Of a stretch of 32,269 nt of DNA, positions 9,915 to 19,147 are shown piece by piece. Both the position numbers and the translations under genes were made by a program. How positions within the stretch are numbered: position 1 is the stretch's first letter; every line of letters begins with the position of its first letter. Source of the DNA: an uncultured Clostridia bacterium (lineage in GTDB: Bacteria; Bacillota; Clostridia; Christensenellales; UBA1242); contig CANQCE010000002.1 of assembly GCA_947589655.1 (NCBI GenBank), forward strand, positions 1-32,269, written 5' to 3'. The notes beneath the pieces were generated by a model, which saw only the letters and a list, made by a program, of their open reading frames with translations, did no database searches and was not told where the DNA came from.

Positions 9915-11147
9915 ATGGATAATTTGTTTGAAAATTTACATAATGACAGAAAGCCGTTAGCAGAGAGAATGAGGCCAACTCGGCTGGAAGATTTTGTTGG
10001 GCAAAAACATATTCTGGGGCAGGGCAAATTGCTTCGCAGGCTAATTGAAGCAAAGCGAGTGCCAAGTTGCATTTTTTATGGTCCTCCAGGGACAGGGAAA
10101 ACCACACTTGCCAGAATTATTGCCGATAGCAGCAACGCAAATTTTGTGAAATTGAACGCAATATCAAGCGGCGTGGCAGATGTAAAGGCGGTTATAGAGC
10201 AGGCTAAAAACGACTTTGAACTGTATGGCAAAAGAACATATCTGTTGTTGGATGAATGTCATAGATGGAGTAAAGCCCAAAGTGACTCGCTTTTGGCGGC
10301 ACTTGAAAACGGATACGTCATTTTTGTTGGTTGCACCACCGAGAACCCAGCATACAGCATGACAAGGGCGATTGTGTCAAGGTGCAGCGTTTTTGAATTT
10401 AAGCGACTTGGCGTGGAAGATGTTAAAAGTGTTCTTAAACGAGCAATGGAAGCCGAAGAAGGCTTGAAGATTTACAAATTAAAACCAGATGAAGATGCCT
10501 TAACATATTTTGCCACAGCGTGTGGCGGCGATGTGCGAAGTGCCTTAAATGGGCTGGAATTGGGGGCTATAACCACAAAACCAAATAAAAATGGCGAAAT
10601 TGTTATTACAAAGGAAATAGCGGCAGAATGTTTGCAAAAAAAGAACTTAAGCCTTAATGATGATGTTTATTATCACATCCTCAGTGCCTTCTGCAAGAGC
10701 CTTAGGGGGAGTGACAGCACAGCCGCACTTTATTATGCAAACAGGCTTATAGAGGCAGGGGTAGAACCACAGGTTCTGGCAAGAAGGACAATCGCACACG
10801 CCTCGGAGGATGTGGGACTGTCTGCACCCAACGCTCTTGTGCAGGCTTGCTGCGCATTGTATGCATTGGATAACTTGGGGATGCCAGAGGGAAACTTGGC
10901 TCTTACACAAGCAATAATTTACGTGTGCGAAAGCCCAAAGGATAACCGAGTTGTTATTGCCAAAGACATGGCGGAAGATGATGCCAAAAATCACCCAGAC
11001 GACAATGTTCCAGACTACCTGCAAAACCACACGGCGGCAAGCAAAAAATACAAATATCCGCACGACTATGGCGGATATGTTGAACAACAATATTTGCCAG
11101 ACAGCCTTAAAGACAGGTGCTATTTCAAGCGAAAAGAGAAAAAATGA
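9915..11147 (+). CDS. rarA: Replication-associated recombination protein A (RarA/MgsA AAA+ ATPase)
   Basis: LAERMRPTRLEDFVGQKHILG, Walker A FYGPPGTGKTTLARIIA, Walker B LLLDECHRW, and C-terminal YKYPHDYGGYVEQQYLP. Confidence 0.92.
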   Translation: MDNLFENLHNDRKPLAERMRPTRLEDFVGQKHILGQGKLLRRLIEAKRVPSCIFYGPPGTGKTTLARIIADSSNANFVKLNAISSGVADVKAVIEQAKNDFELYGKRTYLLLDECHRWSKAQSDSLLAALENGYVIFVGCTTENPAYSMTRAIVSRCSVFEFKRLGVEDVKSVLKRAMEAEEGLKIYKLKPDEDALTYFATACGGDVRSALNGLELGAITTKPNKNGEIVITKEIAAECLQKKNLSLNDDVYYHILSAFCKSLRGSDSTAALYYANRLIEAGVEPQVLARRTIAHASEDVGLSAPNALVQACCALYALDNLGMPEGNLALTQAIIYVCESPKDNRVVIAKDMAEDDAKNHPDDNVPDYLQNHTAASKKYKYPHDYGGYVEQQYLPDSLKDRCYFKRKEKK

Positions 11148-11232
11148 GGCAGAAATTAAAGGACACAAATAATGAGCGGAACAAGTGAGAAACTGAACTA
11201 TTTCACTGAATAAAAAATTTTCCCAATAAGTA

Positions 11233-11261
11233 TTTACATCTTTTCCATAATGTGCTATAAT
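11233..11261 (+). promoter_or_regulatory. Near-consensus extended -10 promoter
   Basis: TTTACA (11233-11238), 17-nt spacer, TGcTATAAT (11253-11261). It lies inside the ORF-track extension 11250-11279. Confidence 0.6.
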
Positions 11262-11279
11262 GCCTACAAGGAGAAAAGT

Positions 11280-12503
11280 ATGTCAAAAGTTTATGATAAT
11301 ATTAGAAAAGTTTGTGATTATATTGGAGCGATAGTTTTGCCAAATGGAATGATTGCTTTGCCAAATGGATCGCTAGTTTTGCAAAATGGAGTAATAATTT
11401 TGCCTACAAAAATAAAAACATTTAACTTTTACACTGACACTTACGCTGACACTGAAGATAAAGTGTTTCTCTATTCTGGCTCGGAAATGTGTGACCGACC
11501 CGAAAAAGAAGGATATGGGTATGTGTATGCAACGGATTATGCAGTAATGTGTGGTGCTGGTACCCATGATTATGATGGAGATGGGTACAAAGACAAACCA
11601 AAAAGATGGAAAAAGTGTCGTTCCTGCAATGGTACGGAAAAGAAAAATGTTGAGTATTTTGACTCGTCTCGCTATCCACGTTCTGCCCCCTGGAATACGT
11701 GTTTTGTATCCTATCCCGTTTTGCACCTCGACCTTGAATCTTTTATCTCCGCACACGCACAGAGTGCGGTTCGCATAGGTAGCAAGCATTTAGGTAGCAA
11801 GCATTATTTGGGTGATATTTGTTTTCACACGGCCACAATAGGACTGGAGTTTCCAAAAACGTATGTAGGAGAAATATTAGATAAAAAATTAACATCACTA
11901 AAAAATAATGGACAACTCAGAAAAACAGGCGCAAAATACACAGGATTCATGCGAGATGATAGAAGCTTTGTGCAAAATGAAGAATACGAATATAATGGCG
12001 AGAGATATGTGCTTATCGAAGTCAAAAAAGATGAATGTAATAAATACAATAGACTTGAGAATCATAAAATTTGCCCTGAAACAGGGGAATATGCTTGGGC
12101 GAAAGTGGAACCGATTTTATTTCAAATTCAAAATTGGGATGATTTGCCAAGAAGCATAAACCCAGAAGGAAATGGTTCGGCTAAATTTGTTGAAATGGAA
12201 ACCGAGGAGGGTATAATTTCTGGTTTGCCATTCTACCCAAAGTCTGGCAAAAGCGAGTTTGCAATGTGGCAAAATAGTTTAGACCGTGCTTATTTAAACG
12301 GATATAACTTACATAAAGAAATCGACAAAGGAAATGGTAATAAAAAATACAAAGCCCTAGAAAACTTTGATTTTGAAGGTAAAGGGTTTTTATTTGAAGC
12401 ATCACAGGGGTTGGGGCTTCACATGGAAGCGAAACATGACCCTTTAGAGCCAGAAAAGGAAACGAAACCAAACACATCCAAATCTACCTCAAGAGAAAAG
12501 TAA
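11280..12503 (+). CDS. Hypothetical protein with an N-terminal heptad LPNGxxx repeat and a possible divergent DUF6273-like region
   Basis: ATG 11280 follows AAGGAGA (11268-11274) and lies downstream of the promoter. KVFLYSGSE...YATDYAVMCGAG...VSYPVLHLDL resembles the DUF6273 pattern as I recall it. Own terminator. The family assignment is tentative. Confidence 0.6.
   Translation: MSKVYDNIRKVCDYIGAIVLPNGMIALPNGSLVLQNGVIILPTKIKTFNFYTDTYADTEDKVFLYSGSEMCDRPEKEGYGYVYATDYAVMCGAGTHDYDGDGYKDKPKRWKKCRSCNGTEKKNVEYFDSSRYPRSAPWNTCFVSYPVLHLDLESFISAHAQSAVRIGSKHLGSKHYLGDICFHTATIGLEFPKTYVGEILDKKLTSLKNNGQLRKTGAKYTGFMRDDRSFVQNEEYEYNGERYVLIEVKKDECNKYNRLENHKICPETGEYAWAKVEPILFQIQNWDDLPRSINPEGNGSAKFVEMETEEGIISGLPFYPKSGKSEFAMWQNSLDRAYLNGYNLHKEIDKGNGNKKYKALENFDFEGKGFLFEASQGLGLHMEAKHDPLEPEKETKPNTSKSTSREK
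11337..11402 (+). repeat. 21-bp coding tandem repeat, about 3 copies (LPNGMIA/LPNGSLV/LQNGVII)
   Basis: TTGCCAAATGGA at 11337 and 11358, and TTGCAAAATGGA at 11379, with a 21-bp period. Confidence 0.8.
11776..11805 (+). repeat. Perfect 15-bp tandem duplication inside the CDS
   Basis: TAGGTAGCAAGCATT at 11776-11790 is repeated exactly at 11791-11805. It is in frame (IGSKHLGSKHYLG). Confidence 0.9.
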
Positions 12504-12542
12504 GTTGTTTAACTTTTATTAAAAAATTTTATTCAAGAAACA

Positions 12543-12571
12543 TTCTCACACTCGGTGTGGGAATTTTCTTT
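12543..12571 (+). terminator. Rho-independent terminator
   Basis: TTCTCACAC / GTGTGGGAA 9-bp stem (one G-U pair), TCG loop, then TTTTCTTT. Confidence 0.65.
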
Positions 12572-12658
12572 GTGGGGAATTTTTGGCTTTCTTGCCGTTG
12601 ATAATTTAACCAATTTATAACAATAACAAATTTTTATAAAAAAATTGTAAAATTTATT

Positions 12659-12687
12659 TTGAAAAATTGTTTTATTTCTTTTATAAT
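12659..12687 (+). promoter_or_regulatory. Sigma-70-type promoter for the acyltransferase-like gene
   Basis: TTGAAA (12659-12664), 17-nt spacer, TATAAT (12682-12687). Confidence 0.55.
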
Positions 12688-12717
12688 AGTTTGGTAGGTT
12701 TTTTATTGGGAGAGAGT

Positions 12718-13650
12718 ATGTTTGGAAGACGAGCCGATGGCAAGAGAGTTAAAGATTTACCAGTGATTGACAAGGCAATGCCTTATTTTATGCCAATGCG
12801 CATTGATGGGGTCAACCTTTATGAGCAGGTGATTAATTGCGAAAATTTGGACAAGTTTATTTTGGAAGAAAAGAAAAATGGCGTTCATTACACTTACACC
12901 GAAATTTTGATGGCGGCATGTGTGCGTATGCTTTACCTAAGGCCAAAAACCAACAGGTTTATAACCAACTGCCAAACCTATCAAAGAAAATATATTTCGC
13001 TTTCCATTGCCGTTAAGAAAAAACTTACAGACGACAGCGAAGAAATGACGCTGAAAATGTTCTTTACAGGCCGTGAGAGTTTGCCAGAAATAAAAAAGAT
13101 TATCGATGACGAGATTGCAAAAAATTGTGCCGCCGACAGCGAAACGCACAAAACAACTAAAGTTGCAGGCCTTTTGGGAAAACTTCCACATTGGTGTTTT
13201 AAGTTTGCCATGTGGATTTTAAGAGTGGGCGACAGATATGGACTTTTGCCACGAAAACTTTTGGATGTCAGTCCGTTCCACACCAGCGTGTTTGTTGCAG
13301 ACCTTCGCAGCATACATTTGGACGCAGTTTATCATCATCTTTACAACTTTGGGAACACAACAATCTTTGCAACTATGGGAAAAGTTTTCAATCAGCCAAT
13401 TGTAAACCGCAGCGGTGAGACAAGCGTGCAAAAATCTTTAAGGTTGCGTTTCAGCCTTGATGAACGTGTTTGTGATGGGCTTTATTATTCCAACAGTTTA
13501 AAACTTATTTCATCTTATTTTGAAAATCCAGCACTTTTAAAAGAGGCTTTGCCAGAACCTGAACTTACCGGAAAGGCTTTAAAGAAAAAACAAAAAGCAG
13601 ATAAAAAGGCGGAGAGAAAAGCAGAAAAATTAAAAAATAAAAACAAATAA
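12718..13650 (+). CDS. 2-oxoacid dehydrogenase E2-type acyltransferase catalytic-domain protein (CAT-like fold), no lipoyl domain, Lys-rich tail
   Basis: ATG 12718 follows GGGAGAGAG. C-terminal block LRLRFSLDERVCDGLYYSNSLKLISSYFENPALL aligns to the E2 motif DHRxxDG...P..LL. The ORF-track start at 12667 overlaps the promoter and is rejected. Confidence 0.7.
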   Translation: MFGRRADGKRVKDLPVIDKAMPYFMPMRIDGVNLYEQVINCENLDKFILEEKKNGVHYTYTEILMAACVRMLYLRPKTNRFITNCQTYQRKYISLSIAVKKKLTDDSEEMTLKMFFTGRESLPEIKKIIDDEIAKNCAADSETHKTTKVAGLLGKLPHWCFKFAMWILRVGDRYGLLPRKLLDVSPFHTSVFVADLRSIHLDAVYHHLYNFGNTTIFATMGKVFNQPIVNRSGETSVQKSLRLRFSLDERVCDGLYYSNSLKLISSYFENPALLKEALPEPELTGKALKKKQKADKKAERKAEKLKNKNK

Positions 13651-13667
13651 AATACAAAATTATTATT

Positions 13668-13720
13668 AAAAACACAAAAATTTTAGCAAAAAGTGTGCAG
13701 TTTTTGTGTTTTTTTATTTA
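13668..13720 (+). terminator. Rho-independent terminator (first of two in tandem)
   Basis: AAAAACACAAAAA (13668-13680) pairs with TTTTTGTGTTTTT (13701-13713), followed by a T run. Confidence 0.6.
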
Positions 13721-13728
13721 AATTTGCA

Positions 13729-13756
13729 AGTGCTGCCAAAGTGACGGCACTTTTTT
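13729..13756 (+). terminator. Second tandem hairpin terminator
   Basis: AGTGCTG / CGGCACT stem, followed by TTTTTT. Confidence 0.5.
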
Positions 13757-13806
13757 AATAAATTGTAAAATATTGTAAATTTTTGCAAATTGGTTGGCAT
13801 GAAGGT

Positions 13807-13835
13807 TTGCTAAATAAACATCTTTTTTCTATAAT
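13807..13835 (+). promoter_or_regulatory. Sigma-70-type promoter for the regulator gene
   Basis: TTGCTA (13807-13812), 17-nt spacer, TATAAT (13830-13835). Confidence 0.45.
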
Positions 13836-13885
13836 TTTGGGTGTATTTTTAAGAATAACTAAAGAAAAATTAAGGAGATTAAACC

Positions 13886-14413
13886 ATGAAAAATGATGAA
13901 CTTTGGGCAAAAACATTACTTTCAGTTTACCGCTATTTAGAGCGTATTGCAGGGGCAATTGACAAAATTATTTTGCGCAGTGGGCTTAACAGTGCAAATA
14001 TAGTTGGGCAAAACTATTTTTACAATAATGTGTTTACAATTTCACAAAAACTTATTGATTTATCCGAGCGCAAGGTAACCCTTATAAACCTAAAAGTGCT
14101 AATTGAGCAAACGCTTGCAGAAATGGATGAAAAAGATGCACTAATTTTGATAGACAAATTTGTTGACGGCGTTAAAACCAAAGACCTGGTTGAAAGACAC
14201 AAATTAAGCACCAGAACGGTTTTTAGGAAAATTGACAGTGCTCTTAAAAACTTTGCGTGGCATTTGTGTTTAAAGGGGTATGGGGCTGCTGCTTTGGAAA
14301 AAATGCTGGCAAACGAAAATTGGCTGAACAATGTTCATTTAAGGCTTGTCACCAAAAATGATGACACTTTCACACTTTCTAAAATGGACCTTAAAAATGC
14401 GGTTTCGCTTTAA
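13886..14413 (+). CDS. Sigma-70 region-4-like HTH protein (candidate ArpU/RinA-type phage late-gene regulator)
   Basis: AAGGAGA SD. DALILIDKFVDGVKTKDLVERHKLSTRTVFRKIDSALKNF resembles a sigma region 4 HTH. Located upstream of terL. Confidence 0.55.
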   Translation: MKNDELWAKTLLSVYRYLERIAGAIDKIILRSGLNSANIVGQNYFYNNVFTISQKLIDLSERKVTLINLKVLIEQTLAEMDEKDALILIDKFVDGVKTKDLVERHKLSTRTVFRKIDSALKNFAWHLCLKGYGAAALEKMLANENWLNNVHLRLVTKNDDTFTLSKMDLKNAVSL

Positions 14414-15189
14414 AGTTCATTCTCGTCAAATTCAAAATAGTCGCCATGCGAAACGCGAGTTTTTTGCTTTTTCACTTTTTTCTTGCCCTTTTGTGATTGT
14501 ATAATTTTGCTTGGCTTTATAAGGAAGAACAAAATCATTATACTTGGCACGCTAATTGCAACAATAAGCAAAATTTGGGTGCCTACGGACAGCCCTGAAA
14601 AATTTGTGGCGGAACTTGTGAACACGCTTTCATCAATTGTATCAAAAATTTCCAAATTGGTTTCAATTTTTGGAAGCCTATCAATAAATGTGGAGTAAAC
14701 ATATCCAAACTGCACGCCGTTTTCGGTTTGCAAACTGCAATATGCCCACAATGTGTTTTCGTATTTAAGTTCTTCGCCCTGCATATCGCCATAATAATTC
14801 AAGGTGACGTCATCGCTCACGGCGGTTAAAACCTCCGCTTTTGAAGGCGAGGTGTAAAGATAGTGCGGTTCAAACAACATAAACTGCGCACTTGGATAGG
14901 CGTTTGTTGGAGTGCCACTCATCAAAGCCACATCGCTTTTTTTTACATATCCGCTTTTGTCTTTAAAGGTTGCCTCGTAAAAATTGCCTTCCACACCAAC
15001 AACTTTCACAAAATAAGAATATGGAAGTTGAAAAAGTGCACTTTCCTCGTTGGGCAAGGCATAAAAAAGCACATTTGTTGTTTGGATTTTGGCAAAATAA
15101 TCCTTTTTGGCAGCACCTTCTGCTCTTGAAATTGGAGTGGCGGCAAAAATTGCCAAAAAAATTAAAACGGATAAAAATATTTTTTTCAT
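14410..15189 (-). CDS. Secreted, C-terminally membrane-anchored protein with two SH3b-like domains
   Basis: Start at MKKIFLSVLIFLAIFAATPISRAEG (signal peptide). SH3-like blocks YFAKIQTTNVLFYALP...YFVKVV...ATFKDKSGYVKKSDV and a second copy. TM helix ILLIVAISVPSIMILFFLI, then a basic tail. The upstream TTG extension is rejected. Confidence 0.65.
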   Translation of the reverse strand: MKKIFLSVLIFLAIFAATPISRAEGAAKKDYFAKIQTTNVLFYALPNEESALFQLPYSYFVKVVGVEGNFYEATFKDKSGYVKKSDVALMSGTPTNAYPSAQFMLFEPHYLYTSPSKAEVLTAVSDDVTLNYYGDMQGEELKYENTLWAYCSLQTENGVQFGYVYSTFIDRLPKIETNLEIFDTIDESVFTSSATNFSGLSVGTQILLIVAISVPSIMILFFLIKPSKIIQSQKGKKKVKKQKTRVSHGDYFEFDENEL

Positions 15190-15284
15190 GGCACAAGGAT
15201 AACTCTTTTTAAGGTTAAAACGGCAGCAGATTAATGTCGAATTTTTTTTATTTTTAAATAATTTTATCAAAGGGGGGTGTGGCA

Positions 15285-16715
15285 ATGGATTTAAACTTGG
15301 TTAAAAAAATTTTGAAGGTTGAAAAAGAAATTGATTTGCGTTTTTATGCAAATAAATTGAATTTTTACAATAAAAAAGGAAAAGTTCACAAAAAACAGAT
15401 TAAATTTCATAAATGCAAAAAAAGAAATCGCTGGGTTTTTGGCGGCAATCGTTCAGGCAAAACTGAGTGTGGCGCTGTGGAGGTGGTGTATTTTGCTTGC
15501 GGCGTGCATCCTTACAAGAAAAACAAAGTTACTGAAGGCTGGGTGGTATCCCTTTCCCGTCAGGTGCAAAGGGATGTGGCGCAAAAGAAAATTTTAGAGT
15601 ATTTGCCGACCTCTTACATTCAAGATATTGTTATGGTCAGCGGAGGAAAAGACAGTGCCGAAAACGGTGTGATAGATTTTATTTTGGTGCGCAGTGAGGC
15701 TGGCGGCATTAGCAAAATTGGCTTTCGCAGTTGCGACCAAGGCAGAGAAAAATTTCAGGGGGCGTCACTTGACTATGTTTGGTTTGATGAGGAACCGCCT
15801 TATGACATTTACTTAGAGTGCAAAATGCGTGTTTTGGACAGGCAAGGCGAAATTTTTGGCACTATGACGCCACTTAAAGGGCTAACGTGGGTTTACAACA
15901 CAATTTATCTTAATGACAAGCAAGACAAGGAAGTTTGGTGTGAAACTATGGAGTGGGCGGACAACCCTTTTTTGTCTAAAAAAGAAATTGCCAGCCTAAC
16001 CAAAACTTTGCCAGCCGAAGAACTTGAAAGCAGGCGATATGGCAAGTTTATGCAAAATGGCGGAATGGTTTATAACGAGTTTGATGAAAATGTGCATGTG
16101 ATAGAACCCTTCAATATACCAGAAGATTGGCAAGACAATATTTCAATTGACCCGGGGTTACACAATCCGCTTTCTGCACACTTTTATGCGGTGGATTATG
16201 ATGGCAATGTGTATGTTATTGCCGAGCATTTTGCGGCAGGACTAACTGTTGCACAGCATGCCAAAGCAATTTGGCAAATTGCCCAAAGGCTTAATTGGAA
16301 AACGGACAGTCGCGGTTTTTTGCAGGCGCTGATTGACCCTGCTGCATTGCAGAGAACGCTCTCCGGCCCTCAAAATGTTGTTGACCTTTTTTATGAGCAA
16401 AAAATTTTAACCAACACAAAGGTGAACAAAGATTTATTTGCTGGGATATCGGTGGTGAAATCTTATCTTCGCACCGCAGACGGCAGAGCAAGGCTTTTTA
16501 TCTTTAAAAACTGCGTGAATTTGATAAGAGAAATTAAAAGTTATTGGTGGGGCAGTGATGATGTGCCAATCAAGAAAGATGACCATGCGCTGGATGAACT
16601 GCGCTATTATTTGATGACAAAGCCAATTAAAATGGAAAAAGTTGCAAAAACAGAAATACAAAAAGACAAAGAAAAAATGGCTAGGCGTTTAAAGTTTGAA
16701 AAATTTGGGAGATAA
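15285..16715 (+). CDS. terL: Phage terminase large subunit
   Basis: ATG 15285 lies 7 nt after AAGGGGGG. Walker A FGGNRSGKTECG, Walker B LDYVWFDEEPP, coupling motif GTMTPLKG. C-terminal nuclease motifs ISIDPG and KKDDHALDELRYYLMT. Confidence 0.9.
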   Translation: MDLNLVKKILKVEKEIDLRFYANKLNFYNKKGKVHKKQIKFHKCKKRNRWVFGGNRSGKTECGAVEVVYFACGVHPYKKNKVTEGWVVSLSRQVQRDVAQKKILEYLPTSYIQDIVMVSGGKDSAENGVIDFILVRSEAGGISKIGFRSCDQGREKFQGASLDYVWFDEEPPYDIYLECKMRVLDRQGEIFGTMTPLKGLTWVYNTIYLNDKQDKEVWCETMEWADNPFLSKKEIASLTKTLPAEELESRRYGKFMQNGGMVYNEFDENVHVIEPFNIPEDWQDNISIDPGLHNPLSAHFYAVDYDGNVYVIAEHFAAGLTVAQHAKAIWQIAQRLNWKTDSRGFLQALIDPAALQRTLSGPQNVVDLFYEQKILTNTKVNKDLFAGISVVKSYLRTADGRARLFIFKNCVNLIREIKSYWWGSDDVPIKKDDHALDELRYYLMTKPIKMEKVAKTEIQKDKEKMARRLKFEKFGR

Positions 16716-16747
16716 AATAAAAAAATAAGCAAAAATTAAGAAATAAT

Positions 16748-16776
16748 TTGTCAATATATTTGGAAAAATATATTAA
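16748..16776 (+). promoter_or_regulatory. Candidate promoter for the GLUG surface-protein gene
   Basis: TTGTCA (16748-16753), 17-nt spacer, TATTAA (16771-16776). Confidence 0.4.
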
Positions 16777-16807
16777 AATTTGTTAAAATGTAAAAAAGAG
16801 GGTTAAT

Positions 16808-19147
16808 ATGAAGAAAATTCCATTTTTAATTTCGTTTATCTTCTGTTTGGCGGCTGCCTTTGGCGGCACAATCTTCTTTAACCCAAAAACAACTGCCGCG
16901 GCAGATGGAACTTTTAAACAAATATCAACTGCAAGCGATTTGCAAACGTATCTGTCTTCTTACACTTCCGAGAGCGCAGAACTTACAACCAACATTGACA
17001 TGGAGGGGGCCCAGTTAAGCCCAATTGGAACAGAAACCTCGCCATTTGAAAAAACTTTTGACGGCAAAGGCTTTAAAATTTCAAACTTTACCATTGATGC
17101 CCAGGAAGCAAACAGCCTTGGTTTATTTGGCGTGGCAAAAGGGGCGGTTATAAAAAATTTGGCGCTTGAAAATGTTGCAATAAATGTTGACGATGCCGTT
17201 ATTATTAGCGTTGGCGCTCTTGTTGGCAAGGCGGAAAACTGCACATTTGAAAACATTTCCATTTCAAGCACAGATGTTAAATTTAATTATGATTTTTCTT
17301 TAACAGGCAGCCAAGTAAACTTTGGTGTGCTTGCTGGAACGCTTGACAGTTGCAGCCTTACAAACATTATAAGCAGAGCAAACGCTTTGACCAACGGTTG
17401 GTCTTTGCCTGAAACTGACAACAAAAAAACATACAACTTTGGCGGAGTGGCTGGAAGGTTTTTAAATTCCAACTTTAAATTTGGTGTTGTGGAGGCAAAT
17501 TTTAACGCAGAACTTGCACAAGATTTTGACGGCACAGCAAATTTTGGTGGGGTGGCAGGAGAGGTTTCACAAGGCGAGAGCACACTTGTGAACTTGGCAA
17601 TGCAAAACACCTTTGCTTTAACCAACAATTCAACCGCAGCAAGCCTTCATGTTGGCGAAATTTGCGGAGAAATTAAAGCACCAGTTCCAACGCCGGGGAA
17701 TATTTCGTTTATTCATTATAAGAAAAATGACAATGTTGATGTTTTTGGCGAAAAGGCCAATTTTGCATATGAAAACCCATCTAACCAAGATTTTGTAACC
17801 GAAAGCATGTATGAACTGCATTACCTTGCACCAGATGGAAATTCTTATAACTATTTCAACAATCAATCTTGGCATCCACTTTATGGAATTTGGGATTTTA
17901 ACTCGGTTTGGTATGTTGCAGCATCCAATATTCAGTTGCAAAATTTCTCATCCGATTTTAATGTTAGCGTGGCAAATGTTGATACCAGAGTTATGGAACT
18001 TGCCAGCCTTCCTACAAAGTTTAACTATGGCGACAGGGTTGAAATAATTTTCAACTTTAAAACCAACGATGAAGGCACATCATTGAAGGAATTTTACGAA
18101 CTGACACAGATACGAAGAAACAATGCCAATGTTGCGGCAATAGTTCCAACTTCAAATGGCTACAAAGTTTCTGGCAGCGAGGCATATGATATTGAACAAA
18201 CAGAAAGCGGCTTTAAAATTATCATAAAAAGTTTGGACCGCTCAACAAGCGGCACTTACACTGTCATTGCCAAAGAAAAATACTTTAACGCCAAAGTGAC
18301 ATCTCGCCTTTATGTTGACGGCGAACTTCAATCAGAAATTCCTGCATATGTGTATCATGCGGATAACGGCAGTTTAGGAACACCTACCTCCGAAACTTTG
18401 CAGTGGTCCATGGCTTATGATATGGCTTATCGCATTGAAACAAGGGCAAAGTCCAACACTACAAATTCCACGGATGGCACGCTGTTTTGGTATATGGTTG
18501 GCCATGACGAGCAGGGCAGGGAAACCACAACTCAAATTCCTGCAGACTATATAAGCAATGGGGTGTTGCAGTTCACCTTTGGGCATGGAATTTTTACAGG
18601 CGACATTGAAATTTTTGCACGCTACACAGATGATTCTTGCAAGGTGACTTTCACCTTTAACGAGGGCGTTGCAAGGATTGTGGTTAGCCGAAGCATTACA
18701 GTGGATAAATCGGGAACGGTTGAACCAATTTCCAAAGATGAGACTGCATTGTGGTTAGAAATTTACATTTACAAAGAATACACTTTTGACTATCAACGTT
18801 TTGTGGACGAACTTGCATATAAATCGGAAGACCCAACGCGAGTTTTTTGCACTCCGCAAGAACAAAATGAAAGCGGCGATTTAAAATATTACAGTTTTCT
18901 TGTTGACATGACACTTCTGCAGCGCTCGGATTTTTCTGACGCCTTTCCTATTGAAGTTAAAACAAATTCAAACTTTAAAACCAATCGTGCTTGGATTTGG
19001 TGGCTTGTTGGTGGCATTTGTGGGGCAATTGTAATAACGCTTGTTGTTTTGCTTATCGTTTGGCTTGTCCGTAGAAATCGCTTTGGCGGTGACGGCGGCG
19101 GCAAAGTGAAAATTAAAAAGCAATCTTATAAAGACATGTATTATTAA
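16808..19147 (+). CDS. Large surface protein with GLUG-motif repeats, signal peptide and C-terminal TM anchor
   Basis: Signal peptide MKKIPFLISFIFCLAAAFGG...TAAADG. GLUG-type repeats SLGLFGVAKGAVIKNLALENV, VGALVGKAENCTFENI, NFGGVAGRFLNS and NFGGVAGEVSQG. C-terminal TM WIWWLVGGICGAIVITLVVLLIVWLV followed by RRNR. Confidence 0.75.
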   Translation: MKKIPFLISFIFCLAAAFGGTIFFNPKTTAAADGTFKQISTASDLQTYLSSYTSESAELTTNIDMEGAQLSPIGTETSPFEKTFDGKGFKISNFTIDAQEANSLGLFGVAKGAVIKNLALENVAINVDDAVIISVGALVGKAENCTFENISISSTDVKFNYDFSLTGSQVNFGVLAGTLDSCSLTNIISRANALTNGWSLPETDNKKTYNFGGVAGRFLNSNFKFGVVEANFNAELAQDFDGTANFGGVAGEVSQGESTLVNLAMQNTFALTNNSTAASLHVGEICGEIKAPVPTPGNISFIHYKKNDNVDVFGEKANFAYENPSNQDFVTESMYELHYLAPDGNSYNYFNNQSWHPLYGIWDFNSVWYVAASNIQLQNFSSDFNVSVANVDTRVMELASLPTKFNYGDRVEIIFNFKTNDEGTSLKEFYELTQIRRNNANVAAIVPTSNGYKVSGSEAYDIEQTESGFKIIIKSLDRSTSGTYTVIAKEKYFNAKVTSRLYVDGELQSEIPAYVYHADNGSLGTPTSETLQWSMAYDMAYRIETRAKSNTTNSTDGTLFWYMVGHDEQGRETTTQIPADYISNGVLQFTFGHGIFTGDIEIFARYTDDSCKVTFTFNEGVARIVVSRSITVDKSGTVEPISKDETALWLEIYIYKEYTFDYQRFVDELAYKSEDPTRVFCTPQEQNESGDLKYYSFLVDMTLLQRSDFSDAFPIEVKTNSNFKTNRAWIWWLVGGICGAIVITLVVLLIVWLVRRNRFGGDGGGKVKIKKQSYKDMYY

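Noticed and set aside
11172-11213. 13-codon mini-ORF (MSGTSEKLNYFTE) in the rarA downstream spacer
   Set aside because: It is too short, has only a weak SD-like AAAGGA, and has no associated attenuator structure. It is probably fortuitous.
13651-13885. att-site direct repeats or integrase delimiting a prophage, compared by eye with 29593-29800, 15190-15284 and 16716-16807
   Set aside because: I could not find a shared repeat of 12 bp or more by eye, and there is no recombinase gene in the window. An exhaustive repeat search is still needed.
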